From assembly GCA_977017575.1 (NCBI GenBank), contig CDRNVI010000016.1:248001-312000 (forward strand): DNA of 64,000 bases, read 5' to 3'. The notes under the pieces were generated by a model that did not search any database, was not told where the DNA came from, and saw only the letters and a program-made list of their open reading frames with translations. Position 1 is the stretch's first letter; each line of letters starts with the position of its first letter. Positions 21,114-30,962 of the stretch are shown one piece after another. Both the position numbers and the translations under genes were made by a program. The DNA comes from Paramoeba atlantica (lineage: Eukaryota > Protista > Discosea).

Positions 21114-21301
21114 AGGGAATATAAGGGCTGTATTTGTAACGAAATATTTGTGGTACGACACGCAGTGGTAATCATGAAGCAAAAAACGGTTTCATGACGG
21201 TAAAGTGGCGCATATGCAACTGATTTCCTCGTTGATCTACACTGTCGGTACTATTATGATAAGTAGCTACTTGTATGCGTAGTTGAAATAAAATTTCTTT
21301 C

Positions 21302-21883
21302 ATGCCAAATTGTTTAGCCACGGATGCAGTGGCGAAGCCGAGTACTCTAACACGTTTTAAGACCCTGGGAGATTCACGAAACGTGAATGCGCACGAAGAA
21401 GACGCAGGAGTGGAGAGACTTAATGCAGTACTGCAACGTACACTAACGAAAGCCTCAAGTTTACTCAGTTGGATATGTAAAGATGCCGACGAAGCTTGGC
21501 GTGTAGCACATGCGTACTCCACTGTTGAAAAATGCGAGGTGCTGGTTGCACAGGACACAACTCGAAGCACTCTGTTAAAACAAATTTTTGGTTCTCTACC
21601 GGGCGGATCCATGGCATTCCGACTTAATCGATTACCCGATGGGAGATATGCCGTCCGCAGTGCGGATCTGTTGTATACAGTTCATCTGGATGAGTGGAAC
21701 GCAATATGCTCACCATTAACGAACCAAGAGAAGAAAAGAAAGGCAATATTTGTTTCGGATTCTGCTGCATATTGCCCGCTGTGTTATGAAGAACAAGATA
21801 GCCTTGAAGCTGCCAGAGCACATCTTCTATCAGCCTGTCTACGACGGCTTGCAGTGGTTACTGACCCTCCGATTCTTTTTTGA
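21302..21883 (+). CDS. Hypothetical protein
   Basis: 193-aa ORF on the coding strand of the array, with one CPLC motif. Confidence 0.5.
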   Translation: MPNCLATDAVAKPSTLTRFKTLGDSRNVNAHEEDAGVERLNAVLQRTLTKASSLLSWICKDADEAWRVAHAYSTVEKCEVLVAQDTTRSTLLKQIFGSLPGGSMAFRLNRLPDGRYAVRSADLLYTVHLDEWNAICSPLTNQEKKRKAIFVSDSAAYCPLCYEEQDSLEAARAHLLSACLRRLAVVTDPPILF

Positions 21884-22049
21884 TATTCATAAAGATATTG
21901 TACCAGCTGATATATAGAGCAAAAGTTTGAGGACTTATTGTCTCATATCGTTCCCCTTCGCTCATTCAGCTAAGCAAGACGACTTTCTTCTAAATTTTAA
22001 TTTATACATGTGATTTTATAGATATTCGTCGCACAACCATCGTTACTCC

Positions 22050-23291
22050 ATGACAAGCTATTCATCCATACGATTTTTTGTAAATCCTTTTCCGACGCCA
22101 CTGAAATTACTGGATTCTTCTCCCAAAGTAGATCATGAAGAGGCAGTTAAGGAACTTTTGCTATCGTTACATAATGGGTTAGCAGACGAGAAAAGGGAAG
22201 CGTACCTTTCCCACAATTACACTCTTTATACCGGACTAGGAGGTATTACATTCACTTATTGGGAGCTTTATCGCAGGAGTGGAAAAAGCGAATATTTGAA
22301 GAGAGCAAAAGATTTGCTAGAGCCTTGTCTTCAGTGGCTACTTTCATGTGATCGACATCGTTCTGACGTTTCTACCTTTTTTTGTGGCGACATCGGCATA
22401 CTTGTTACCGCAATCTGTGTGTCGTGTGCACAAGGACTAACACATAAAAGTGTGCGTTATTTTGATCTTTTGCAAGCAAGAGGGTGGAAAATAAAGTCTT
22501 TGAGAGAAAATTGCGACGAACTGTTATATGGTCGTGCGGGATATTTGTATGCATTATTCTATATCTGCCGGCACACATTTTTCTCGCTGCCCAGTGAATT
22601 AGTACAACGCCTGATTTCTCAAATTTTAGCCAATGCAGAATTCAGCTCTGAGTTTGGTAGTATCTGGTATTGGCATGGAAAACCGTACTTGGGGGCCGCG
22701 CATGGCACAGCAGGAATTTTACATGTCTTGTGGCATGCATATCCCATTCTTGAATGTGCCCAAAAAGACTTTATACAAAAATCTACGCTATCTCTCTGCA
22801 GAGCCTGCACCCAGCGCGCGGGTCTTCCGAATTGCGCGGAGTCGGGGAGTAAAAATTTATTAGTACACTTCTGTCATGGAGCTCCAGGTGCGATTCTACT
22901 TTTTTGTACTGCGTATAGATATTTTCCGTTCAAAGAGTACCTGGAAACTGCCGAGACACTTGCTTCTGTCGTCTGGGAATACGGGTTGCTTCGTAAAGGG
23001 GGAGGCCTTTGCCACGGAGTTGCAGGAAACGCATATTCCTTTTTAGCTTTATACAGAACTACACAAAAACTATGCTATCTCCATGCTGCAACTCACTTCG
23101 CATATGTAATGCGACATTCTCATGCTTGGGCTGAATCATGTTCAGCATACGATGACCCGCAACGACTGAAGCGCGGCCAGGCCGACCATAAATTGAGCCT
23201 TATGGAAGGTGAAGCAGGATCAGCCCTATTTTTCTCCGACATGAACAACCCTATGAATTCCGCTTTTCCAGGAGTGGAGCTCGCATGTTAA
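22050..23291 (+). CDS. Eukaryotic LanC-like protein (LANCL family)
   Basis: LYTGLGGI, DELLYGRAGYLYAL, YLGAAHGTAGI, HFCHGAPG, LRKGGGLCHGVAGNAY and SLMEGEAG. Zn ligands (C, C, H) present. Confidence 0.93.
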   Translation: MTSYSSIRFFVNPFPTPLKLLDSSPKVDHEEAVKELLLSLHNGLADEKREAYLSHNYTLYTGLGGITFTYWELYRRSGKSEYLKRAKDLLEPCLQWLLSCDRHRSDVSTFFCGDIGILVTAICVSCAQGLTHKSVRYFDLLQARGWKIKSLRENCDELLYGRAGYLYALFYICRHTFFSLPSELVQRLISQILANAEFSSEFGSIWYWHGKPYLGAAHGTAGILHVLWHAYPILECAQKDFIQKSTLSLCRACTQRAGLPNCAESGSKNLLVHFCHGAPGAILLFCTAYRYFPFKEYLETAETLASVVWEYGLLRKGGGLCHGVAGNAYSFLALYRTTQKLCYLHAATHFAYVMRHSHAWAESCSAYDDPQRLKRGQADHKLSLMEGEAGSALFFSDMNNPMNSAFPGVELAC

Positions 23292-23798
23292 TCCTTTCTC
23301 GATACACGTAGTTTACCGCAAGCCTATCACATTTCCTAATTCCCCCAATTACTCCTCTCGGTGAAACCTTGCGAAAACCGAATAAACATTTGTGAAATGC
23401 CAAGAAACGCGAAATGTCATCCGAAACGGATGCCTCCGGGATTATTTGAGATGCCTAAAACGGACACTTGAAAACCTTATTACCATACGTTGTGGTTCCA
23501 TGGAACACGGAACACTGCTTCGGGAACACCGTTGTTAGTACAGTGACGTTAAAAAAAATATTTTGTTAAGGGACTATCTTTGAAATGAAAGACGAATAGT
23601 TATCATAGTATATGGGGGTTATGTAGGGGTATGTACACCGTGAGGGTCGTTACCTATGAAGCAGCTTCTACGGGGACCTGTAACACCTTTAAGTTAAAAC
23701 TATTATTGAGACTTTTCTTTTGATTTTTTTCGAGTGAAGTTTTTTTTGATAAAAAGATGGATTATTTCGTGATTAATAACGGTAAAAACAAGGTAAAA

Positions 23799-24083
23799 CT
23801 AATACTTTGTATGCCCCCCTTTCGCAGCAATCACCGCTCTCACACGGCGAGGCATGTTGCTCACTGTGGACGCGCATAGGGCACTGGGAAGTGCGTCCCA
23901 CACAACTTTGGCCCGTCCCCAAACTCAATCATTCCCTCGGGGTCCTTCTTACAAGCAGAAAGACGCCGTTTCAAATGGCCCCACATGTTCTCAATAGGAT
24001 TGAGATCTGGGGATTGCGGGGGCCACTTCAAAACCACATAGCTTTGGCTCGACAACCACTTGCTTGTGTATTTTGGGTCATTG
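23799..24083 (-). pseudogene. Tc1-family transposase C-terminal remnant
   Basis: NDPKYTSKW..KWPPQSPDLNPIENMWGHLKRRL, then in a shifted frame MPRRVRAVIAAKGGHTKY* (TAG at 23799-801). Candidate TIR TA|CAGTGACG at 23539-48. Confidence 0.85.
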
Positions 24084-24732
24084 GTGAGTCTGTAGTTAGT
24101 ATCTGGAGATATGTGCGGGGGTCTGTGAATCGCTGTGGGCTGCTGTGATTCGCCGTGAGTAGCTGTGAGTATTTTTTTTTCGTCGGAAGACCCCGAAGAA
24201 AGTATCATCGCCATTCGTTCATCCCTTTGCTCTTTAACACTCTTCGATGCAGTTCCCTTGTACGTTACCCACATGCGGCGCAACGTTTTCGATAGAACGG
24301 ATGTCGCCAGGGGGAAGCTCACGACGAAAATATTCCGCAACAGAAGTTGCCGCACGACGACTTTCGACTTACCCACAGTAAAGCTTCGCTGTATTATGCA
24401 GAGCACCTGGGCCACAAATGCGAATGTCAGTTTTCGTTGGCATACTGTCCACCCTTCGTAGACACAGCATGCTTCTTGGACTCTTTTTTGGTCTAACCCA
24501 CGCTTCGCACACTTTGCCACAACTTCGGGGCTCAAGGTCTGATGATCTTGCGGCTTATTGCAGGAGGGGCAAATGTTGCATCCAACAGGCACACAAAACT
24601 CAGAACAATGTCCACACATTGCAAGTGAAGCTCATTGCTCACTGGTGTGCTCGTTGCTGCAACCAAGGCAGGAGGAGGGAGTCCGTCACGGAACTGCGTC
24701 AACTTATCGCAGTGAAAACAGTGTAAACGCAC
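24084..24732 (-). pseudogene. Cys-rich (zinc-ribbon-like) plus helical gene fragment fused in frame to the Tc1 remnant
   Basis: CFHC...(TG slippage frameshift)CGHC..C..C..CPSC followed by a helical region; continuous with the DDE fragment in ORF 23861..24619. Confidence 0.35.
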
Positions 24733-25000
24733 ATACCGTATAATGTGTCAACATCTTTGCAGCGACCAACGATGCCACATGCTGGATTACATGTCGATCC
24801 GATTTAAGGAAGCCCGTGAATAGTTTGCCATCGAGGAGATATTCCAAGAGTTAAGCTTCTGGTTGCATCCCCTGCTCCTTCATCCGAAACTCACACAGAA
24901 CGCGAATTTGGTCATACATATTTATGTTGCGCATAGAAAACAAAAAGAATCTCTTCCACAGGCTTACTGTACGCTCCATGAGGCTTAAAAGGTCCTCTTA

Positions 25001-25790
25001 GAGGGGTGGACCGCCAAAATTACGATTACTTGGCGCACCCGGCCGCACCCAGCCGCACCCGCTAAACCTAAGCTGTTTCAATGGGCGAAAACACTTGGTG
25101 AATTTTTGGACGCCTGAGCGTCCGCTTTGAGTCCGAACTTTTTGGTCTTGGATAGAGGCAGGTGATTTTTCAAGAGGCGCATGGTAAAGCGAAACTGACA
25201 TTGTTTGCAAATCAAGAACACATCATCCGACAAAAATAGTGATTTGGGGGGCTATTGCAGGTAACGGGCAAGGAGTAGGAGTGAAGTGTTGTTTAGTCCC
25301 ACTTTTTCCAGTCTTCTGAAGCAAGTTGAATGTTTTTTAAGATTTCCTTGTAATTGTTCACTCACTGCAGACGAATCGCCAATATATGCTCGTAGAGTTT
25401 TTATCGTCTGAGATGCTGCCCTAACTCCTTCGCTCTTCAGCTTGTCGGGTACCTGTGTCATGCTTAGGCCTCCGAACCATACGCATTTTTCTTTCGCCAT
25501 TTTAACTTGTTTTTCGTCGAGAAGCTCGTGTAGCCTTTTGAAGGCCTTTGCGATTGAGTCGGGATTTTCGGATGCCAACTTTACCCCACCTGGTTTACGT
25601 TTCTGGAGGCAAGGCCCAACTGTAAGCGAAGCCCACATCTGGAGGTAAAAGCTCCCGTTCGCGAGCAAGGCCCTACTGTGAGCGTAGCCCTGGGACAAAA
25701 TTATTTTTTTTGTAGAACTGTATTTATACTTTGAGCCGCACCCGACCGCACCCGGCCGCACCCGCTCGCACCGAGCCCGGTTCACCCCTC
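25001..25790. mobile_element. TTA-flanked MITE (PIF/Harbinger/Tourist-like), 790 bp
   Basis: TTA at 24998-25000 and 25791-93; TIR GAGGGGTGRACCG; 10-bp-period CGCACCC repeats inside both ends. Confidence 0.8.
25252..25590 (-). pseudogene. Non-LTR retrotransposon RT C-terminal/thumb fragment (CRE/SLACS-like)
   Basis: LASENPDSIAKAFKRLHELL..KMAKEKC..EGVR..IKTLRAYIGD..VSEQL..RRLEKV..SLLLLARY matches the post-YxDD pattern (L..GL.ln..Kc ... k.LG..iG ... alllLr). The YxDD motif itself is not intact. Confidence 0.55.
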
Positions 25791-26038
25791 TTAATAATTT
25801 GCTTTCTTATAATAATTAAAACTATTAATAATTTCAATTACAAAAATTATTACGGCTGCTATGGTTCCACTTTCTTTCCTGATGACGCACAGACTACATA
25901 TATTCGTAGACCTTTTTTGAAGAACACATGAAAATCTGTTGTCCCGACTGATAAGATTTGATATGCTTTTGTCTTGGCAAAATTGCATTTGCAAATAAAA
26001 GTGTCAGTACATTCATTCCCGTTACCCCCTTAGATATC

Positions 26039-26105
26039 CTAGTACGCTACTTATCCTCTTTTGTGATGAAACCTCTGGGTCACGAGAGGATAAGTAGCGT
26101 ACTAG
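26039..26105. repeat. Perfect 21-bp inverted repeat with a 25-nt spacer
   Basis: CTAGTACGCTACTTATCCTCT (26039-59) and AGAGGATAAGTAGCGTACTAG (26085-105). Confidence 0.92.
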
Positions 26106-26220
26106 TTTACAGAGAAATTATTCAGAATCTTTTCTTAAAAAATTCATTCGTAAAATTTTTAAGAGTTATTATATGTAACTCTTTGTGTATAACTCAGTTA
26201 TACACAGTTGAGGTGAGGCC

Positions 26221-26310
26221 CAATGTGAGATTACGAGAGAATACGTAAGATCATGCGAGATCACGTGAGATCATGCGAGATCACGCGAAATCATGCGAGA
26301 TCACGCGAGA
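26221..26310. repeat. 10-bp minisatellite with an alternating 20-bp higher-order unit
   Basis: Nine units; the last six alternate TCATGCGAGA with TCACG(C/T)GA(G/A)A. Confidence 0.9.
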
Positions 26311-26538
26311 TTAAACCCGATTTATACCCGGAGCCCCTTAGTTATATTCAGAAATACATACATGTACATCGGTAGATACAGTTCAATATGAGTGTCAGTA
26401 CATCAATATCCTATATTAGTAGTTGAACTACCAAGTTTAACGATCCGCTCTTAGTAGTAGTACTATTGTTTCGAAACGGATTTCTCCGCCACGCTAGTCG
26501 CCATTGACATCTCCGTACAACGTGGCAACACCCGAATA

Positions 26539-26857
26539 CTGTACCCTCCCTAGTTATCTGTCCCACGTCACCCCCATAGTTATCTGTCACTTTTTAAAAA
26601 TAGGCAAAATACTTTCTTTCAAAAAAAATCAAAAAATGAAACTAACAGTTTTTCTTTTTGTGTTTCAAGCGAATGGTCGTGCGTGGTGCTATTACAAACC
26701 GTTTCTGATTCTATGTTCTGACTTTTTTTTGTGACAGAACCCCTCCCTAGTTATCTGTCGCACACTGATCCGCCTAGTTATCTGTCACACCCCTATCCCC
26801 CCTAGTTATCTGTCACCTTTTCGCGAAAAGTAGTGACAGATAACTAGGGGGGTACAG
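26539..26857. mobile_element. TA-flanked MITE with iterated 13-bp motifs, 319 bp
   Basis: TA at 26537-38 and 26858-59; TIR CTGTACCC(T)CCCTAGTTATCTGTC. Motif CTAGTTATCTGTC is forward at 26550, 26576 (variant), 26747, 26774 and 26802, and reversed at 26835-47. Confidence 0.9.
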
Positions 26858-26902
26858 TACGTCCTCATATTTTTCGACCTAGTTTTATTTCCGTTTAACC
26901 CC

Positions 26903-27364
26903 ATGTTTGGTATTGAAAATGATAACGAAGAGGCTTGGGAGATAGCACTTCACAACTCCTTGTCACAAACCATCAACAAGATGCGATGGGATCAATATGT
27001 GATTCGTGAAAATGTGCGTCGTACCGGAGTAGCAATGCTTCCTGCGTTTCTCGTTGATGGATGCAAATTCGAAATTACTCCAGAGGTAAAATCTCAGAAG
27101 CATACGCCGCCTTTACGTAGATTGGAAGATATCACATCTGAATCTGCACTTCAGATACGACAGTCAGCATTATTGGGGGGTGCGGTAAGCTCAATAGGTC
27201 TCGCGGGAGGTGCTCTCTATTTGGCTAAGACAAAATTGATTTTTTTCGCGTTTGCCCCGTGGATGATAGCACTTTCCTACATATCGTATACAAAGTACGA
27301 GGAAGGATCGATGGAGCTCAAGTATCTCCGAAAACGTAGTAGTTTACGAAAAAGGTTAAAATAA
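26903..27364 (+). CDS. Hypothetical small membrane protein
   Basis: 153 aa; two adjacent hydrophobic segments near the C-terminus and a basic tail. Confidence 0.55.
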   Translation: MFGIENDNEEAWEIALHNSLSQTINKMRWDQYVIRENVRRTGVAMLPAFLVDGCKFEITPEVKSQKHTPPLRRLEDITSESALQIRQSALLGGAVSSIGLAGGALYLAKTKLIFFAFAPWMIALSYISYTKYEEGSMELKYLRKRSSLRKRLK

Positions 27365-27965
27365 TTTCACGGCGGTCACGACACAACTAATGAAAAGAAA
27401 GAGCAATGCTTTTTCTTTGCTAATGTTGTTTTAAACAAAACCTATAACCATATCAATGTCCGGTTCCTCCTCATAGGCCTTCCCTGAATTCAGGATATAC
27501 AGCTTTCATCATAATACCACTGTTTCTTTTCAAGGTGCCGAACTTACATACCAGGTGGAGAGCAAATGAATTTTTGAATAAAGCAATCCGAAGAATTTTT
27601 TCAAAAAATTCGCGGGTGTTTCAGCAGCTATCTCGGTAAGGATGGTTATCAGTTAAGGATGGAAACTGAAAACAATAATTCCACAATTGCCGGTTAGAGT
27701 TTCTGTGTCATTTTGCGTAAGTTGTGTTAAAAACAAGTGACAATAAACGTATAGATTGGTCTTAAATTTTGATGAACCATACAGAGTAGATTGGCTACAC
27801 TTAATCTTTATTGCAGTCCTGAACTTATACCCTTACTTGCGGAGGGTATCAGTGGGACTCATGAAAGAAGACCAAAAATAATCAGCAAACTTGGTCGAGG
27901 CTGAGTGATCAAATATAAATTGGGCAAATTTAGGAAAAAAAATGCCCAGGAATGTCCAAGAATCC

Positions 27966-28330
27966 TCAGGAATGTCCAAGAATGCGGGGTAGATAAGAAA
28001 ACCGGCGATGTGGTAGTTTAGATGAGCACTTATTCGAAAGAATTTTCCACTTCTTCATCGGTATGATGCCGGCCTCGTACACAGAGAATGAAATATTTTG
28101 GCATTTGTTTGGGGGTTCTATGGGCTTTGCCTGACACAAGCGGCCCCAAGGCATCATACCTTCCGCTGTACTTTTGGTGCACCACCACTTCGCGCCCATG
28201 TGTTGCGGTGCCTTGTATACTTTCTTGTAGCATATAACTTTAGCAGGGCTACCGGCTTGTGACCTTTCATCCATTCGATGCATTCCGCCTCGGTACAAAG
28301 TTCAACTTTGCTTAATGTGAGGCCGCGCCA
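27966..28330 (-). pseudogene. Merlin-like transposase N-terminal remnant (frameshifted)
   Basis: GLTLSKVELCTEAECIEWMKGH plus (shift) KVICYKKVYKAPQHM..WWCTK parallels FTLSRISRRTEAQCEQWLRSHG..VFCGKRTHSSPKEM..WHCTK at 61292-61537. Confidence 0.45.
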
Positions 28331-28525
28331 AGAAGACCCAGAACACCCTTGTCAAGGCATAAAAAATCATTAAAAGTCTCAAAATGAGCCTAGTAGATTA
28401 AAAGGATGATATTTCTTTGGTTCAAAAATGTGAAAAATGTACAGTGTTATGTTTACCGGTGAAATGGTTATTAAGGATAAAAGTAATTAAGGCAGAACGG
28501 ATTTAAAAACTAATTATTGCCTTAA

Positions 28526-28626
28526 TTAGGCTCTTCGTTAAACGCGGTGGTTGTTTTCAACTTAAAAGTCACTCATGCTGCGCGCTTCGCATTGAAAACT
28601 ACCACCGCGTTTAACGAAGAGCCTAA
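28526..28626. repeat. 35-bp inverted repeat (1 mismatch) with a 31-nt spacer; mini fold-back element
   Basis: TTAGGCTCTTCGTTAAACGCGGTGGTTGTTTTCAA (28526-60) and TTGAAAACTACCACCGCGTTTAACGAAGAGCCTAA (28592-626). Confidence 0.92.
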
Positions 28627-29823
28627 AAAAGAAAATTTGGCCAGGAAAGCTGAAGAAAACGGAAAGATTATAGCCAAAAATAGCCGATTTTTGGGAAAAA
28701 ATGGGGTGATTTTTCCGTATTTTAGCTCTCAGAGCACTGAATCCGACATTGGCGCGTGGGAAATCACTCGTAGGCATGAACGAAAGCCTACCGAACGTAT
28801 TGGGTAGAGAATACGACTCCAACCACACCATTCTCTCGACCCAAAAAGGCCCCTTGGGGTCCGAAAAATACCTTTTCACCTTTTTTAGTCAAAAATGGGC
28901 CATTTTCGCGGGCATACCACGGCTCGAAGAAGAGATTGCCTGCGAAAACAACTGCGCAGAAAGCTAGTGTAGTTCCCAAGCTATCAAAATACAACAGGCG
29001 AAACAATTTTGGAAAAATATTTTTTTTGCCATTTTTTTCGCCAAGTTGAAAATTTTTTCAATTTTTTTCCGAAAAAATCCGAACTTGGCGGACCCGTCCC
29101 GCGGATACGCGGGGGGGTCACCCCCGCGTAGGGGGGTGGAAAATGCGCGCCAAAACCCGGGCTACCGCTTCTGCGGGTTTGTTATGAAAAATAATTTTTT
29201 TGAAAAAAAAAATATTCGGGCGGTATGCCCCCCTCCCTAGACCCCCCATTTTTTTCAATTTTGGACCACAGGAGCCCCCTTTTATAAATTTTTCTTCTAT
29301 TATATTACTGTGTTCCTCTTTATAATTTCACTGTTTTTGTTCACTTTTTTTCAATAAGCGAGGGTAGAGCGGTAGTTTTACAACCACCGCAATTAAAGTT
29401 GCCTTAATTAAAGTGGCGCTGATAAAAGCCCGAAACAGTTCTTATTTAACTATTGTCGTTTGTAGCATAAATATCATATTTCTGCTAAAAGTGCTCAATT
29501 TCTGATTATTTTTCATGTTTTTCGAACTTTTCTAGACGAGCTTCGCCTGTTTCGCCCACATTTACGGTCTTCAACCAGTTGAACGTGTGAGAGAAAAGCT
29601 AAAACGATCATTGAAAGGAGAAGTCTGAGGCGGAATCATGAAATTAATTTTTCCCAATCTTTCCCCCAAAATGACAGAAAATTAATTATTGCCTTAATTA
29701 AAGCTGCCTTAATTAATAAAAAATGTGAAAAAAATATAATCAAGAAAAAGACCAAATTTCCTTCAGTTTCACCGCAAACATGTAGTTTGAGAAATCTTCT
29801 TGTAATTTACTTCTCTACCTTAC

Positions 29824-30291
29824 ATGGTGTCATTTCAATGCAATGGTTGTGAAGACATTTTCACGAAACCGAAAATAAAGAAACACTTAAGTCGCTGTCC
29901 AACGAGCTCGTTTTCATGCCTTGATTGCCATAAGGAATTTTCGATTTCCAATGTTCATGACCATACAGAGTGTATAAGTGAAGATACTAAGTTTCAGGGC
30001 TACTGGAAAACACAAAATTCAGTTGCTGCCGATGCATCAAAAACCAAAGTCAGTACGATTAATCTCAAGTTTCCCATACAAATTAGAAGTGAACATGTAA
30101 AAAGAGCAGCGAATACAGTAGGAAATTCAGGTGCGCGACCGCCGAAGTTAAAAATGTTAACTCGACACGCTCTCCATACTGCTTTTCTAGAGCAACTTAA
30201 AAAAACAGGGTTGTCATTCGAAAATGACATTAAGACTATTGCAGTAGCGAACAACATAGATTTTTCTTCGAATCATTCGAAGCACCAGTAA
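29824..30291 (+). CDS. LYAR-type C2HC zinc-finger protein
   Basis: MVSFQCNGCEDIFTKPKIKKHLSRC..FSCLDCHKEF..HTECISEDTKFQG is the zf-LYAR N-terminus. Confidence 0.85.
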   Translation: MVSFQCNGCEDIFTKPKIKKHLSRCPTSSFSCLDCHKEFSISNVHDHTECISEDTKFQGYWKTQNSVAADASKTKVSTINLKFPIQIRSEHVKRAANTVGNSGARPPKLKMLTRHALHTAFLEQLKKTGLSFENDIKTIAVANNIDFSSNHSKHQ

Positions 30292-30962
30292 TTTTTTCCA
30301 TTAAGTGCTAAATAGAGTATTTAGCTTGCAATACGTTTAAAATATTTCAATGTAATTGTACTACATGTATGTTTAAAAGATTTTCAAAGCTCTTAGAAAA
30401 CACTTTCACCCATTCCCTGCATTGGTCTTCTACGATAATATTTGCGGTACGATAATACCTTGCTACGAAAATCCGTACTTTTGGAGATTCTGCAGTTGAT
30501 CTTATGTACGCTGTGCTACCCAGTGCAACCTGTGCTACCCAGTGTTGAAAATTGTACCCAGTGTTACCCATCGAAACTTTTAAAAAGACGGACCTGCAGA
30601 AGGTCCTTTGGCCACATGATGTAGAGTAATTCTAACGGTAGATAAACACGTATTTTCTACGCTAGTAAAGTACTTGTAAAGAGTACTGTAGTTGGTATTG
30701 AAGGAGTTGAAATTATTAGCGTTTCGGCAAAGATGAATAATTTTAACCAGAATAGCACCACAATGTTTAATTTTTTTTTTAAACGTATCCAGGCTCTATC
30801 CAGGCTTCCGATGGGCCTAGGGGGTGCACACCAAAAAACATGTATTTTGTTATTTTGAATTACGACCTACGAAAGTTGAGACATATGAAATTCGCGCCAT
30901 TTCTACGTGAATGACGTGTGGCTTCTTTTTAGAGGAAGGAAACTCGTAATAGAGTACCGATT

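Noticed and set aside
22050-23291. LanC as part of a lanthipeptide cluster
   Set aside because: Stand-alone eukaryotic LANCL type; no dehydratase, precursor peptide or transporter adjacent.
26063-26069. C/D snoRNA box C (GTGATGA) inside the hairpin
   Set aside because: No box D at a suitable distance within the stem; the loop is too short.
26539-26857. CRISPR-like repeat-spacer array
   Set aside because: Repeats are only 13 bp with about 14-nt spacers, bounded by TIRs and a TA TSD; no cas genes.
25626-28590. Bare GCGAAGC/GCTTCGC heptamers at 25626 and 28584
   Set aside because: Several such 7-mers are expected by chance in 64 kb, and these have no extended stem.
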